64,000 bases of DNA from assembly GCF_009914755.1 (NCBI RefSeq), contig NC_060930.1, one strand, 5' to 3'. Positions 42,974 through 56,900 of this stretch are shown piece by piece. Source of the DNA: the human T2T-CHM13v2.0 reference genome, Homo sapiens. Position 1 is the first letter of the stretch. Each line of letters begins with the position of its first letter. Below the pieces are notes generated by a model that saw only the letters and a program-made list of their open reading frames with translations, was not told the origin of the DNA and did not search any database. Made by a program: the position numbers and the translations under genes.

Positions 42974-43734
42974 CCGTACTTCTCAAATGTATTAGGGCCA
43001 ACACCTCCTTTTTGTAACGAATACTCAATAATCTCTCTTTACTATCCTCAATGAAATCTGTAGATTTTCTAAATATATCCACACAATTTCTGAAAGATCA
43101 CTCTGATGCCATTACCATAGTATAAAAGAAAAATAAAGGAACCTAATTTAAAACAAAATTATATTCATATATTTTAATATCTAAATACTTAGAGAACATG
43201 CTAGAAAACACAATGAACTAGCCAGCTTCTTGAACATGTGTAAAACCACCTTGAATATGACAGCTACAAATCAAGATTGATGCAGGTGCATATTAGTAAC
43301 TCAAACACTAAGAATGATGTTACTGTTAGCGAAGATTTTCTGAAATGTAGAGCAACTCTTGTTGAAGCTCCTAATGAAACAAAATATGCTTTGTCTTTGG
43401 TTTCTAGATGGTTTTATTCCTAGAAAACCCAATGTGTTAAAACTTTAGGGAAAAAAATCCCTTTATATTTAAGTAGAACTAGGTTCTAGGCTCAGGTAAT
43501 TATAACCAGATTTTTTTTCACCTACTTGAATGTCTGGTGTATGTCCCAAAAGTCATGAGGAATGTGGAAAAACTTTTCATTCTGTAGGACTGTCCCATTG
43601 CAGGACAACTGGCATCATTAGCCTATGCCCACCAGATTACAGCTGCACACCCCCAATCATGTAACAATCAAAACTGCCTCCACATATTTCCCAAACTCCC
43701 AAGGAGTTTGTACTACCTGAGCTGAGAACCACTG
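42974..43734. mobile_element. hAT-Charlie non-autonomous DNA transposon (MER20B-like), 761 bp, both ends present
   Basis: TIRs ccgtacttctca and tgagaaccactg; 8-bp TSD ttttagcc / ctttagcc; MER20-like right end. Confidence 0.75.
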
Positions 43735-46176
43735 CTTTAGCCAAACTGCTCTCACTGTTGGTGAACATGCCTTGCCTTTTCCCAATTGCACATCTCTTTT
43801 CATGTGGCACCTTTTGATTTGAATATATTTCTTTCATTTCTGCCTTTTGAAATTTTATCTCTTTAGCTTGAATGGCATACACCCCATTAAATTTTCCTTC
43901 AGTCTAAAATTTTGCAGCATCCAGATGTGGCACTTAGAATTCTTAAAACATACTGCTTCATGTTAGTTATTTGTGTACAGCTATTACCTACCAGCTTGTA
44001 AGGTCCTTGGGGATATAGACCCTTTATGTTATTTACATGTTATAAGAGGTTATATTCCCCAGTGTTTCTATTAATAGCAAAGTGTCTTGCACATAGTAGG
44101 TGCCCAGTGAATGTTTATCGGGTAAATGAATGGTTAATTTTAAAAGAATATTTGTAAAGAAAAAAGAAAAGGTTGGTTTTTATTTTAACATTTAAAACTT
44201 ACTTTTGTTTTTATAACATTTACATTTTATCCTCATGTCATAAACTTCTAATAGTACAAAATAATATCAGAAAAGCACATAGCCTATAGGCCTATGGTTT
44301 GGTCTGTACACATACTTATGAATATGTGTCCACTGGAATTATTATTAAAGATAAGATCATTCTCTACACATAGCAAGAACCAGCATTCAAACACTGTAGA
44401 GAAAATACGGAGAAAGTGCTTCTTTTTCATTCAATTCTGAAATGTACAGATCAAATCAACTTGTGAAGTCAATTGGGATGCCTGTACAATTTCCCTGTTT
44501 TCTCCCTTTATTCAAAAACCTCAAAACCACTATGGGTAATTCCCTCAAGATCTCCTTCTAACACATAGAGTCTAAAGAGTAAGCGAGATTTCCAAGAACT
44601 GAAAGCTTTCAACTTTTTTGAGTATCCCTCTCCAATGACATGAGCTAGGAAAGCCCAGTGCTCACTCCACCCACCTTTCATCTCTAACTAGAGGAGCATC
44701 AAGCATTTGTGCAGTCTTTCCTGCCATGGCTTCATTTTCTGTCATCTTAACTCCGTCACGAACCCTCAGCCTCCTAACAATATCCATATGAAAGAAATCA
44801 GACCCCTTTGACAATGAAAAACACATTTAAGCTACTGCACACACTATCGCCACTGGAAAAGTAGATATTTTTTCTGCCAATCCAACTGCAGTACTCTGGC
44901 AATGTGTAGTTTTCATGGTTGTGTTTTCATTTATTAAATAATTAGTCGAACCATAGGTGCTAATCAACAAAAGTTCGTTACTATTTACAAGAAGAAACTT
45001 AACAGCTCTTTGTTTATAATTTTTTCTGAAGTAGGAAGTATTTGTCTTTGAATGTAGAGACCATGTAAAGTGATCCAAGAAAATGATATGGCCAAATGAC
45101 ATGATTAATTTTCATTACTTTCTTTCCATCTCTTGCCTCAGATGCATTTGAGCCTCGCCCAGAGCCCAGCTTGATAGAAAAATGCCAGACTTGGGTTGAA
45201 TCAGTCAATTAAAAACCAGCTCTTCTTGTAGTTTGAGAGACACAATGGAGTATAAAGATGTACTCTGCCTTCAAGGATTTTACGTAGAACTGGGAAGTTA
45301 AGCATCTGCCAGAGGAGATTACAAAGAAGTGTATGATAAATGTCACATGAGTGATACAGACAAGAGTACCACAGATTTGGGGGATGAGATCACTGTGGAC
45401 CCTGATACTCAGAAAAAGCAACCTGGCCTCCATGTGAGTCCAAGATTGTCTTTTGATCAGATTGTCCTTTCTTTGGTACCGGAAATACTTCTCCTGGTCT
45501 CTATGAGGTTTTCCCTTGGGACTCAGAAACTGTGCCTTTTTGTAGCACCATGATTGGGCATTAAAATGTCTCACTAACAGGCCTGTTTCCCCTTGTAATA
45601 TATTTCTCTGAAGACATGCCTCAAACTCTTGTAGCTCTTATACTTGTTAGCTCAAGACTCTGGCGAGTCCTGTGGCTTTTGTGAGGGCAAAAAAGTTTCC
45701 ATAGAAATTAAACTGATTCATTTTAACCCATTTCCTCTACCACTCTGTCCCAGAGAAATTGGCTTAGACTTTGTGGATTCAAGGCCCCAAATTTGAGATT
45801 TGACAAAAGCTTACATAATAATGGCATTGTGGGAATAATAACGGTATAGCTTTTCAGTTTTGCTAGTTAGAGCCAAGATGATAGAAAGCCAACCCAGGAG
45901 CCATCTTGGGACGTGGACACTTGGGGGTTGGGAATGGGGGTGGAAAATTACTACTGCATTTTTTCCCATTCTTTTTAGCAAAGGTGCCTCAACTTTTAAA
46001 TTTGATAAAGTGATTTCCACTCATTGATGTCACCAGATTTGTTACATTAAAAAGTAGGTCCAGAACAAATAAGTTCCTGGTTGTAAGGAGTGTGTATGAC
46101 TTCCTAACAAAGTGCTAGCGTTTGGGAGATATTTATGGATATAAGTCAGGGAATCATCCTCTTTCTAAGTTCCTGA

Positions 46177-46555
<379 letters not shown>

Positions 46556-49185
46556 AACATTTTCAAAGCTATTTAAATAGGATAATCATGAAGACAGTGT
46601 CCTATTATTCCATCAAAATCGGAAGTTAGGTATTGTCTATTAATGGTTAATTTCTCAGATTTACCTTCCTTTTCTCTATTAAGCGCTGAGTTTTTCCTTT
46701 GAAGGGCATATAGTAGAGGCTGGTCTTTTTTCTTTGATAGAGCCCTGTTTTTGTTTTACTGTTTTAACCAGTATACTATTAAAGTTAAACTTTGATACTG
46801 CTTATGCTTTAAGAAAATAAATCTGATGAATGAAGGTAAGTGGGTTCTTGGTTCTTCTTTTTTTTAATTTAAGAAAATTAACTGAAGCTTGTTTGATAGT
46901 AATTCTCATGCACGACTAGGCCATTTTTTAATTGTTTCTGTTTTTAAGAAATTTCAAGATTTTTAGTTTATTTTTTATCTAAATAGTCCCCTGGATTGTT
47001 AAAAACAAAATAGCCTTAGTGCTGCCTGGTGCAAAAACTAGATGTAAAGGTATTACTGGAAAGGAAAGTGAGCAGAGGGCTTTCTCTACCCAATAAGTAA
47101 GCAGACATCAGAAACGGATAGCAAAAGTGAGAAACAAAATTTAAGTCTGGGTGTCAGGAACAAAGGCAAAGTTTCAGTCAGATGTATATGATGTTGGAAT
47201 TACATTCCCCTCTCCCCCAGAAAGAACATCCTTAGGTTTTCTCCCATTCTGCCAAATATTCCCTCCTAGGCTTTCGATATGTTCTGCAGGCCACACACAC
47301 AGGAGCGGGGCTGTCTGTCACTGAACCCAGATGCCCAGCTGTGGAAGATATTCTTTCAGCAGCATCCGTCTGTTTCTTGGCAGGACTTTTAGGCAGTCTA
47401 AAGAAAACAGTCCCGGAGCAGCCTTTGGGCCTGCCTTGTGGTTAATACTGTGCTGGCTTGTATCTGGTTCCTGCTCTGACCCTGTGGCCTGGACACTGCT
47501 TTCCTTATAGTCTTTGTCTCTGTCTCTCTCTTTTAAAGAGTATTCGTGATTTTGGTTCGATTTAGTGAAACACCCGTGGACATCTAGAGAAACTGTAATT
47601 TTTTTTGCTTGTTTCTGTATTGATTCAAAGAGAGGTGGGTGGGTATTAGAAAGCAAAGATCTTATGGGAGGAAAAGGGTATCTTTCTGCAATGGGCCAAG
47701 TATGTTGGCAAAATAAAAGCCTGTTTTCACCAGTTCATTTTCAAGCTCAATAATCTTTAGTCGTCTGAAAGGGAGAACCAGTTCATTTCATACCCAGCTA
47801 GTGTAATAAAATTGAGATTCAGGGGCAACCTGGTGTGAGTTAGCATATTTTGTTCTTAAGGGAATATTCTTAGGCTTAAAGGGTGGTCTTCTTTGAAAGA
47901 ACTATTTAATAGTTGTATTCCTTGGTTTAAATCTTTATTTATACAGCATTTGTGTTGTTCAGCCTTTGCGCTGAAGGGATTTTATTTTCCTATTCTCTTG
48001 ATTATTTTAAGGTTAGCAGTTGAATGTTGCTAGAATTTACACAAGGGAGTGGTTCCCCACACCCCCCAGCTCCACCCTCCCCCATTCCTCCCACCTGCCA
48101 ATTGTGTCTGAAGTAATTTCCCAGCAGTGCTGTTGACTTTGGGAGATGTAGTATTTCCAGTTCGTGTGTATGTGCGCGTGTATGTGTGTTTGTGTGTATG
48201 TTTGCCTTAATATCTAACTGATAATAAGTTGTTACTTAACTTGGAAGATGGACACATCTCTCTCCTTTTCTTTGACCCACTCTGAGAATTAACATGTGGT
48301 ACTCAAAGGTGGGGGAGCGGTGGCGGCGGTGTTGCCTTATGCTTGACGACAGGTGCTAATCTTCAAGGAAATTTACCTTACATTCCACCCATTAAGGGTA
48401 TGGTACATAAAAATGGCTTAATGTCTCTTTGAAGGTGTCAGCAGGCATGTGTGGACCACACAGAATGGGTTTCACTGAAAGTAATAGAGTGAAATTGTCT
48501 GCATAATTATTTTCGTTGGATTGAGAATCAGCAGCCCTCTTTGGGTTCAGGAAATAAACCTCTGTTAAAACCATATGGCACTATTCTCAGAAGAGATGTT
48601 ATTACAGGGCCACTTCCCTCTGAAATTTTGAGTCAGGAGTTCTTGAAAGGAGTCACATATGTGGGAATGAATGTCAAGTTTTCTTCCTCGGTCATAGTTG
48701 TGAAAGTTAGATGTTTTCTTTCCGTTTTCACAAATGCCACCATGGTCACCAGGTCCTGGAAAGAAGCAGGCTCAGCTGCCGCAGCACCGCCACTTCAGGT
48801 GTAAATGTCTGAATTATTATCTGCGCCAAATGATTTTGTCTTTAAAAGAAAAGAAAAATTGCCCTTAATCCAGTGAAATATGATTTGTCAACCCTGAAAA
48901 CACATCTTAAGGTCAGGTTAATTGCATTCTGTCTGTCCAAACCCTTAGTGCAGATTTAGTTGGCTTTTCTGTTTTCTTTTTTTTTTTTTCCCTTTGCCCA
49001 GCATCAGGGGCTATAAAACTTTCTCTGAACTAATTTGTCACAGTGCTATTGTGCCCTAGAGATAGGTATAGTAGAGTAAAAGGTAAAGTGAATAAAAGTT
49101 TAGTTTGTATAATGGCTAGGGAATATTTGGGAATAAACTAAGTTAGGAAAAGATATTAAACAATGGCCACCATATTTTTATGTTT

Positions 49186-49191
<6 letters not shown>

Positions 49192-49223
<32 letters not shown>
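49192..49223. repeat. (TG)16 microsatellite
   Basis: Direct count. Confidence 0.98.
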
Positions 49224-49226
<3 letters not shown>

Positions 49227-49697
49227 TTCAGTAGACAATACAATGTGTGCATTGTGAGAAATCATTGTGGATTTTATCTTTTTTTTTGAGAGGAGTGGGC
49301 AGTCTTCCTGGTTAGTCTTTGCTGTAGAAGAAATATAAACAAACCATCGATGTTTGTTCACATCTGTTAATAAGCCTGGGATCTTATCAGAGTCTGTAGA
49401 GTTTAGTCTGGCTGTTGGTAATGCTGGGGAGTTGAAATGTCCCTTTGAGCATCAGACTCTCGGGGAGTACTTAATAGATGTTGAGTCCAGCTTTTCATTT
49501 CTTATCCTAGAGGAAGAAGGCAAAATAATCTATGACTGTGAATGGTTGAGATGGCTTTTTCTATTGCCTTATTTGTTTTTGTAGTGAGAGCTGCTTTTAT
49601 TAAGTAGAATGGTTGCTAGCACATAGAACCTTTGGTCACTGAATCACACTCTGAATTCAATAATTTATTTATTCAACAAACACTTACTGGGTACCTA

Positions 49698-49964
<267 letters not shown>

Positions 49965-51979
49965 TTAATCTGTTTTAGGAGATAAGACATGGGTATTAAT
50001 AACTATGATTATGTGACAGAAAGTGATAGAACATGAGAAAGGGCATAAGAAAGTGGCAACTGGAGTGACATGGAAGTTCAGAAACATTTTTACTTCTATT
50101 TGAGGGTGGAGGGGAGGTTTTATTGAAGTCAAGGCGTTTGAGCTGAATCTTGAAGATTAGAAATTAGACTTATTGGCAGAAATTCTTGGTTATAAAATTC
50201 TAGGTAGATAGATGATGACTTTTAGGAGACTAACACTATATGTCTTTCACTGTCTTGTCCCTGGCTCCATGTGCAGGTATACTGATGGAAGGTATGGCAT
50301 GGAGATATAATATCACATGCCTTAGTGCTTTAGCTTAGGTGGTTCCTTCCACCTCAGTGGTGATCTGCTCTATTAATCTAGGGCCTATTCAACATTCAGA
50401 GCTAATTTTAAATGCCACTTTCTCTAGTATTTTAACAATTCTGTCATTTTTTAGTTCTGTATTTATTGATCTCCCCTACTAGAGCTGTACCACTACAATA
50501 TGATAACGTTTTGCACATTCTAGATATTCAACTGATATGATTCAGTTGAACAAAGTAGATCAGGTATCTGAATTAGTCTTTTAAATACATATTGAAGTTT
50601 GTTTTCAGATTAGTGTTAAGGAATAACAATTTATACGGTGAACTGGTACATAAAATTATAGCCCTAGGGCCTGATCTTGAAATACTAGAAAATAAGCCCA
50701 TTACAAAACGATGATAATCATGTTTTTTCAAGGGACATTCTAAATTGTTCTAGATTTTAGCAACCTCTGGTGTTCTGTTTTTTATAGGGAAAAGTAAGAG
50801 GTCCAAAAATCTTCAGGCCAACTTGGTGGCTCAGACTTTCTTTCTCAAGCCCTTTTATATGTGTTTATTAGTTAAGTTTGCAGCTCTATAAATGATATCA
50901 TTTGTACTAGTTGCATTGGATCCCTGCCATTTCTCCATCCATAACAGATGGATTCTGTTCTTCCATTCCACTATACGTTGCTCAGGGTTTGTTACTTTCT
51001 GATAGACAACAGAAATGAGAATGCAGAAATGGGATGGAAAAGAGGGAGTGAGTCTGTTTTATTTTGTTTCCATATTTCTCCTAAGCTTACTGGAGTGGCA
51101 AATGGTAGGATAAGTGGTCAGCTATACTGCCCCATGAGATTCAAGGAGCCTTTGGGGAGGAAGGACCTTGCTCAGAAGATAGGCTGGGGAGGATGGTTAA
51201 TTTTGGAGATTTTTGTTGTTGCTTCATGTTTTCTTTTGATTTCCCTCATCTTTGATGCTGACTCTGATGTTGGCTTTCCCTATATAATATTTGGACGAGA
51301 ACAAATTTTGCCTACTCTCTGGCCTGTGCAAGTGACACATACAGAGCCATTGTCTGACTTGTGACTTGGCCCAGAAAGGGCTGATTGTCATGCAGTTGGG
51401 AGGGCTTTTAGACTGGGTAAAAAATTCTCCCATTTGTTTAAAATAACATGACTAAGATTGAACTCAGAAGACACTGTGCATGCATTTCTTTTCAAATTAG
51501 TGTTAAGAAATAAAAGTTTATACTGCGACCTGGTATATAAAATTATAGACCAGTCTAGGGCTCCATTTTGAAATATTAGAAAATAATACATCTTTGTATA
51601 AGAATACCTCTAATAGTATTTAGACATTTTTCCCTTCTAAATCTATCTTTCCCTTTAAATAATGAATATCATTAGAGGTATTCTTATGCAAGGATGTACA
51701 GGAAGCATTTAGAAATATGAATCTGAAGCTTGGTAGAAACTGGAAATGCATTTTCCATAGTCATAGGAACTTGAAGCCATTGGGATTGATGAGGCTGCAT
51801 GAGGAATGGGTATGGAATGAATGAAGGAGAGTTATCCTTTTTACCATTGTGACCTAACTTTGTGTCCCTTGCCTGGACACAGACAAAGGTTCTCTTGCTA
51901 AGCTCCCCTGGGTCCCTGAAGCAGCAGAAGAGCAGATTCAGAACCGTTTCAGTGGCCACTGCATGGGTTGTCTCCGCCA

Positions 51980-53130
51980 CTGGCTCCTCATCTTTCTCTT
52001 TCCTAGATCACTTTTTGTGTTCCTCTTCCTTGCCTAGCCACCCTAGGAGTGTTTGCTTCTCAGGGTTCCCTTTTAGACACTTTTCTCCACTCGTTCTGTA
52101 CCCATTCCCTGAGTGTCCTCATTGACACTATTAACTTCGTGTTCCCATGACCACTGAAAATGCATCTTCAGTCTCTTCTGAACTTCAGACTGGTATTTCT
52201 AGGTTGCTTCCTGGGTGTCTGCACCTGAATATGTCCCATGGGTACTTCAAACTCATGGCCAACACAGCGTTAGGGATTCCCCACCTCTACTTCAACCAAA
52301 CTTCTCTGCCCAAACATGAACCTCCTCCAGTTTTACCAGTTTTGAGTGCCCTACAGTTCACCCAGGTGACCAAACCAGAAACCTGAGACTCACCTTCTCT
52401 GCCTTACTTCTGACATCTAATTATTCCACTGTACTGTTGTCTGTACCTCTATTCTATGTCTCACATTCACTCCCTCAAATCTTTTAGTGCTGATTTAGCT
52501 TAGTATACTCTCTCAGTGTTTATCTTCTGACTTATAACGTAAAAACAATTTCCTAACTGGTTTTATGTCTCTAACTGCACTCCCTTCTAAATCTATCTTC
52601 CCCTGTAAGTAAAGCAATCTTCCTAAACTGTAAACCAATGCATGGCACACCCTTGCTTAAAATACTTCAGTGTCTCCCTGTTATTTGCAGGATGAAGTTC
52701 AGACTTGGTGGCACACTGACAAGGCCCTTCAGCATCTGCTCTGCCCAACTGCCTTCCACCCACACACCTGTGGCTGAGCTCCAGCGATGCCAAATTGCTT
52801 CACTCTATACTTTCTCATCTCGGTGTCTTTGCACCTGCTGTTCCTTCTGGTTGGAATGTTATCTTCTTCTGCATTTGCTTGACTAAATTCTACTCATTCT
52901 TTAAGTCTACTCAAACGCTGTCTCCTCTGGGAGCCCTTCCTGACTGCTCTTGAAAGTCAAGTATTTAATCTTTGGCTCCTCTTTGGTTTCCTTTTCATAC
53001 TTTAATTATATTATTTATCACACTGCTGTAATTATTTGTTTTTATGATGCCTCCAGTATACCGTGAGCACCCTAGTTTAGCATAGTTCATGAAACATAAT
53101 AATGCTTAGGATATTTTAATTGATAAGTGA
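51980..53130 (+). mobile_element. L2, about 1.1 kb
   Basis: tctcttctgaacttcagact...cacccaggtgaccaaaccagaaacctgagac...cttgcttaaaatacttcagtgtctccc...tttgcacctgctgttccttctggttggaatg. Confidence 0.85.
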
Positions 53131-53134
53131 AGAT

Positions 53135-53370
53135 TACATTTGCATAGTGGTTTTACCTGTGTAGGACATTTTCACCTCTTATTACATTTTGTCCTGACGA
53201 CATCCCTGTGTTGTAGATACTTTGTTTTTTTCTGACAGATGAGGAAGTTGAGTCATAGGAGGAAATTGAATCATAGAGATGATAGATATTTGCCTACAGC
53301 CTCACAACTAACTTAGTAGCAGAGCTAGGAATAGACTCCCAAGTTTTCCTGCTCCTTGTATAGTCAGGCC
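53135..53370 (-). mobile_element. MIR
   Basis: gacagatgaggaagttgagtcataga...tagtagcagagctagga. Confidence 0.8.
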
Positions 53371-53456
53371 CAGAATTAGAAATGAGATTCTCCTTTTTAA
53401 TCAGACACTGCCTTGGTCTTTTAACTATTCCATTAAGTTCACTAATTGTGTGTAAA

Positions 53457-53480
53457 TGTGTGTGTGTGTGTGTGTGTGTG
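53457..53480. repeat. (TG)12 microsatellite
   Basis: Direct count. Confidence 0.98.
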
Positions 53481-53693
53481 TATTTGTGGAACTCATAGTG
53501 ACAGGTGAGGAATCCATAGCTTTATTGATTCTTAGGATTGCAAATTAGGTCACCTGTTATTTTACAGATGAGAAAATTCTGTACCTGAGAAGTTCACACT
53601 TGCTATTAGTAGCAGAACCCATGTCTCCTTTCAGTCACATGTTCTCTTTCATACTGCATTTTGGGCAGTCATCAATTCCATAGGACAGACTTT

Positions 53694-53970
<277 letters not shown>

Positions 53971-56900
53971 TGAGAACATTCTCAATGAAAGGTCCATGAA
54001 AGAGATAGGACCCAGAAGAGAAAGAATTAAATGATAATATTCTTTCAGGGATTATCCCATTCTTCCAGATTGCATTACTTCTTTTCCAGTGAGCTTCATA
54101 GGTTCTTCGGTATGTATCATTTTGAACTAAAATGAAGGCATCTAATTAGGCTGAAGGATGAGAACTTCCTATTGCAAAGAAAGGTACGTTTCTATTGCAA
54201 AGAAAGGTATGCTTGTGATCAGAAGTGTTTGTGATGTCATGGGGCAGAGTATAAAGCATGTGGGGCCTTGAGAGGACGGTATCCCTAATTACCTGGATAG
54301 AGACATGGAACTAATGTTAGTAGTAACGCTGTTCCTCTGGCTGGATTATTCCTCTCTGTACACATAGGTATGCATATAATAGAGATAATATAAATTTATA
54401 ACCACATATATGTACGTATATGTGGAAAAGGGAATATATTTCATATGGACCAAAGAAAAACATTTTGCCAAACTGTCATTATTGATTAAATAATTCAGCA
54501 TGAAGCCAGCAGGCAGATATCCACAAAACTTAACACTACACTTGCTTTTGAAAAACAAAAAAAGGTTTTAAATGTAATCGCTCGAAGGATGTTTTTTAAT
54601 ATTAACCCACACCAACCTGCTTCCTTTGGCTTGAGAATAATACACTTTAAAAAAATCTGTTGTGCCTTGAAAAGAAGAGTAAAACTTGCTATCTTCTAAC
54701 TCCATTTAACACTACATTTGATTCCTTTTTATATAACGATAACTTGATCCTACTCAAAATACTTGGCACCTTTAGTGACAGAGTGGCATGTAAGAACACT
54801 TTAACAGATTTGAATGTGAGTAAACTCCAGTAGTTCTGAAATGAAGAGGTAGAGTTTTCAGTTCCTTATTCAGAGTTCACAGAAGATAAGAATACTGGGA
54901 TTAACACAATAGACTCCCCTTCATTACACCTGGCTGAATAAAGCAATTATCTGTCTATCAAGACTAGCAACTTGTGCAACAGCATTAAGAAAGAGTGGAT
55001 GGATAGGTGGATAAACGCTATTCCATTGGAAAGCGGTGCTGATATATGAGGTAATCCTTTGAGTTTAACTTGTAAAAACAGTTTTATTTTGGAGTTTATA
55101 TCATGTTACTCTTGCAGCTTAGAGAGAAATGATTTTTCAAAATATTGTTGACTGCATTTTTCAGTTCTTTACCCATCTGAATTTTATTAGGGGGGTTATT
55201 TCAAAGACGTCTCTTGTTTAATCATGTTTAAACAATCTGTTTAAGACCTGTTGTGTAGATATAAACACAATAGTCCTTTAATGTCGTAAAACAGACTTCT
55301 GACAGACATAGCACGTAACAGACATGCATCCATTATTGCTTAAGCTGCTGTTCCTTCCATGCCTGACCTGAGAGGGTAACCACAGAGCTCAGCTGAAAGC
55401 GTTCACTGGTTAGAAGACACTGACATGTGCCTATGCACTGTATTAATGTCTAGCAAGCAGAGAATTGCAGAGCAGCATACAATTGAAAAGGTCTTAGACT
55501 AGATTAAAACTAAGTACCTTAAATCTGTTTTAATGGCTGTGTTTACATCTCCTTCTTCTTCATTCCTTTAAAAAAAGTAATCAGGTTTTGCAGGCGTTAA
55601 GAAAACCACCTCTTCTTGCCAGCTGGACTAGGTCCAGTTTAAGCAAGAAATTCTCCGCCTCCTTTTTTCTGTCTTTTTCTTTTTTCTTCCTCTGTGATCT
55701 TCTCTGCCATTCAGCACAGCAAGACCAGGCTGTGGGAGTTGGCTGACTTTTTCTTTGGTTATTACTTTTTAACATTTTCTTCCTGTTACAGAAATGAGAA
55801 AATTGAGAATGATGTTCTGCTGCTGCAGCAGTGAATGTCAAGAGAGGAGCCCTTTGCCTTTTTAATTACATCTGTGTAGTGTTTCTTTTTGCTTAAAACA
55901 CTCTGTCTCTCTGTTTCTCTGTCTCTGTCTCTGTCTCACTCTCTGTCTCACATAAAATATGCACAAAACCTTAATAATGAAAGAGAAATAGAAAGGATCG
56001 CATGCTAAGGAAATTGAGCCAGGATCCAGGAATTGCGTGACAGTCTGTTTGTAGGCTAGTTGTCACTGCACTCTTTGAAGAATAATGCCATCCATGTTTA
56101 GCTGGATTGGCAAATAAACAGTGATGCTTTTTGTTCAACTACGAAAACTGCTATTTCCATTGCTAAAAATGTTACCGCTAAAAAAATCTTTGCATCTCTC
56201 AGTGGGGTCTCTATAAGTGCTCGAAACACAAAGAACTGTGGTATGTGTGAACATGTTACAGAAAAAGAAGGCAAAGAAAATGTTTTTGGAACTAAAACAC
56301 TCAAGTTTTACTAAGTTTTGGAAGTAAAGTGTAGACATAGAGAAAGAGTTTTTTTGTTCATTTCCCATAAAGTCAAGGGAGAGATAAAGATTCACATGGT
56401 CCAGGATGGTGTGAATGTTCAGTTGTAATTAGTAGGAGAACAAGTGATAAAACGGAGTCAGAGAGACTGGGCATAATGTAATAACATCTTTGAAGTAAGC
56501 TTCTGCACTTTTTCTTAATGTCTCCTTCTGGTCTCTTTGCTCCACGTTTTCTTCTTTCCCTCAGTGGCAGCCTGGTATAGGAAAAAGGAGGCTCAGGCAG
56601 TTTAGGGGACTGCCTCCCAGTGTCACTGCCTAGTTCCATGACTTTAAAGCTAGTCTCAGTATTTTTCTGGGCATTAATTATTTCTCTAAAATGAAGAACC
56701 CAGTCTGATGAAATCTATATTCTCTTACAACTCTGAAAAATCCTAATTCATATAATTTTACTTTGAATTGGAGTAAGGAGGGATGGAAGCATCCCTTGGA
56801 AACAACAGGCAGACAAATTTGAGTAGTAGGTCTGAAATGAGAAAATACCAGTAGAGTTGTAATAAAGAAGCATAGTAGGTTAGAGGTGTATTAGGACATG

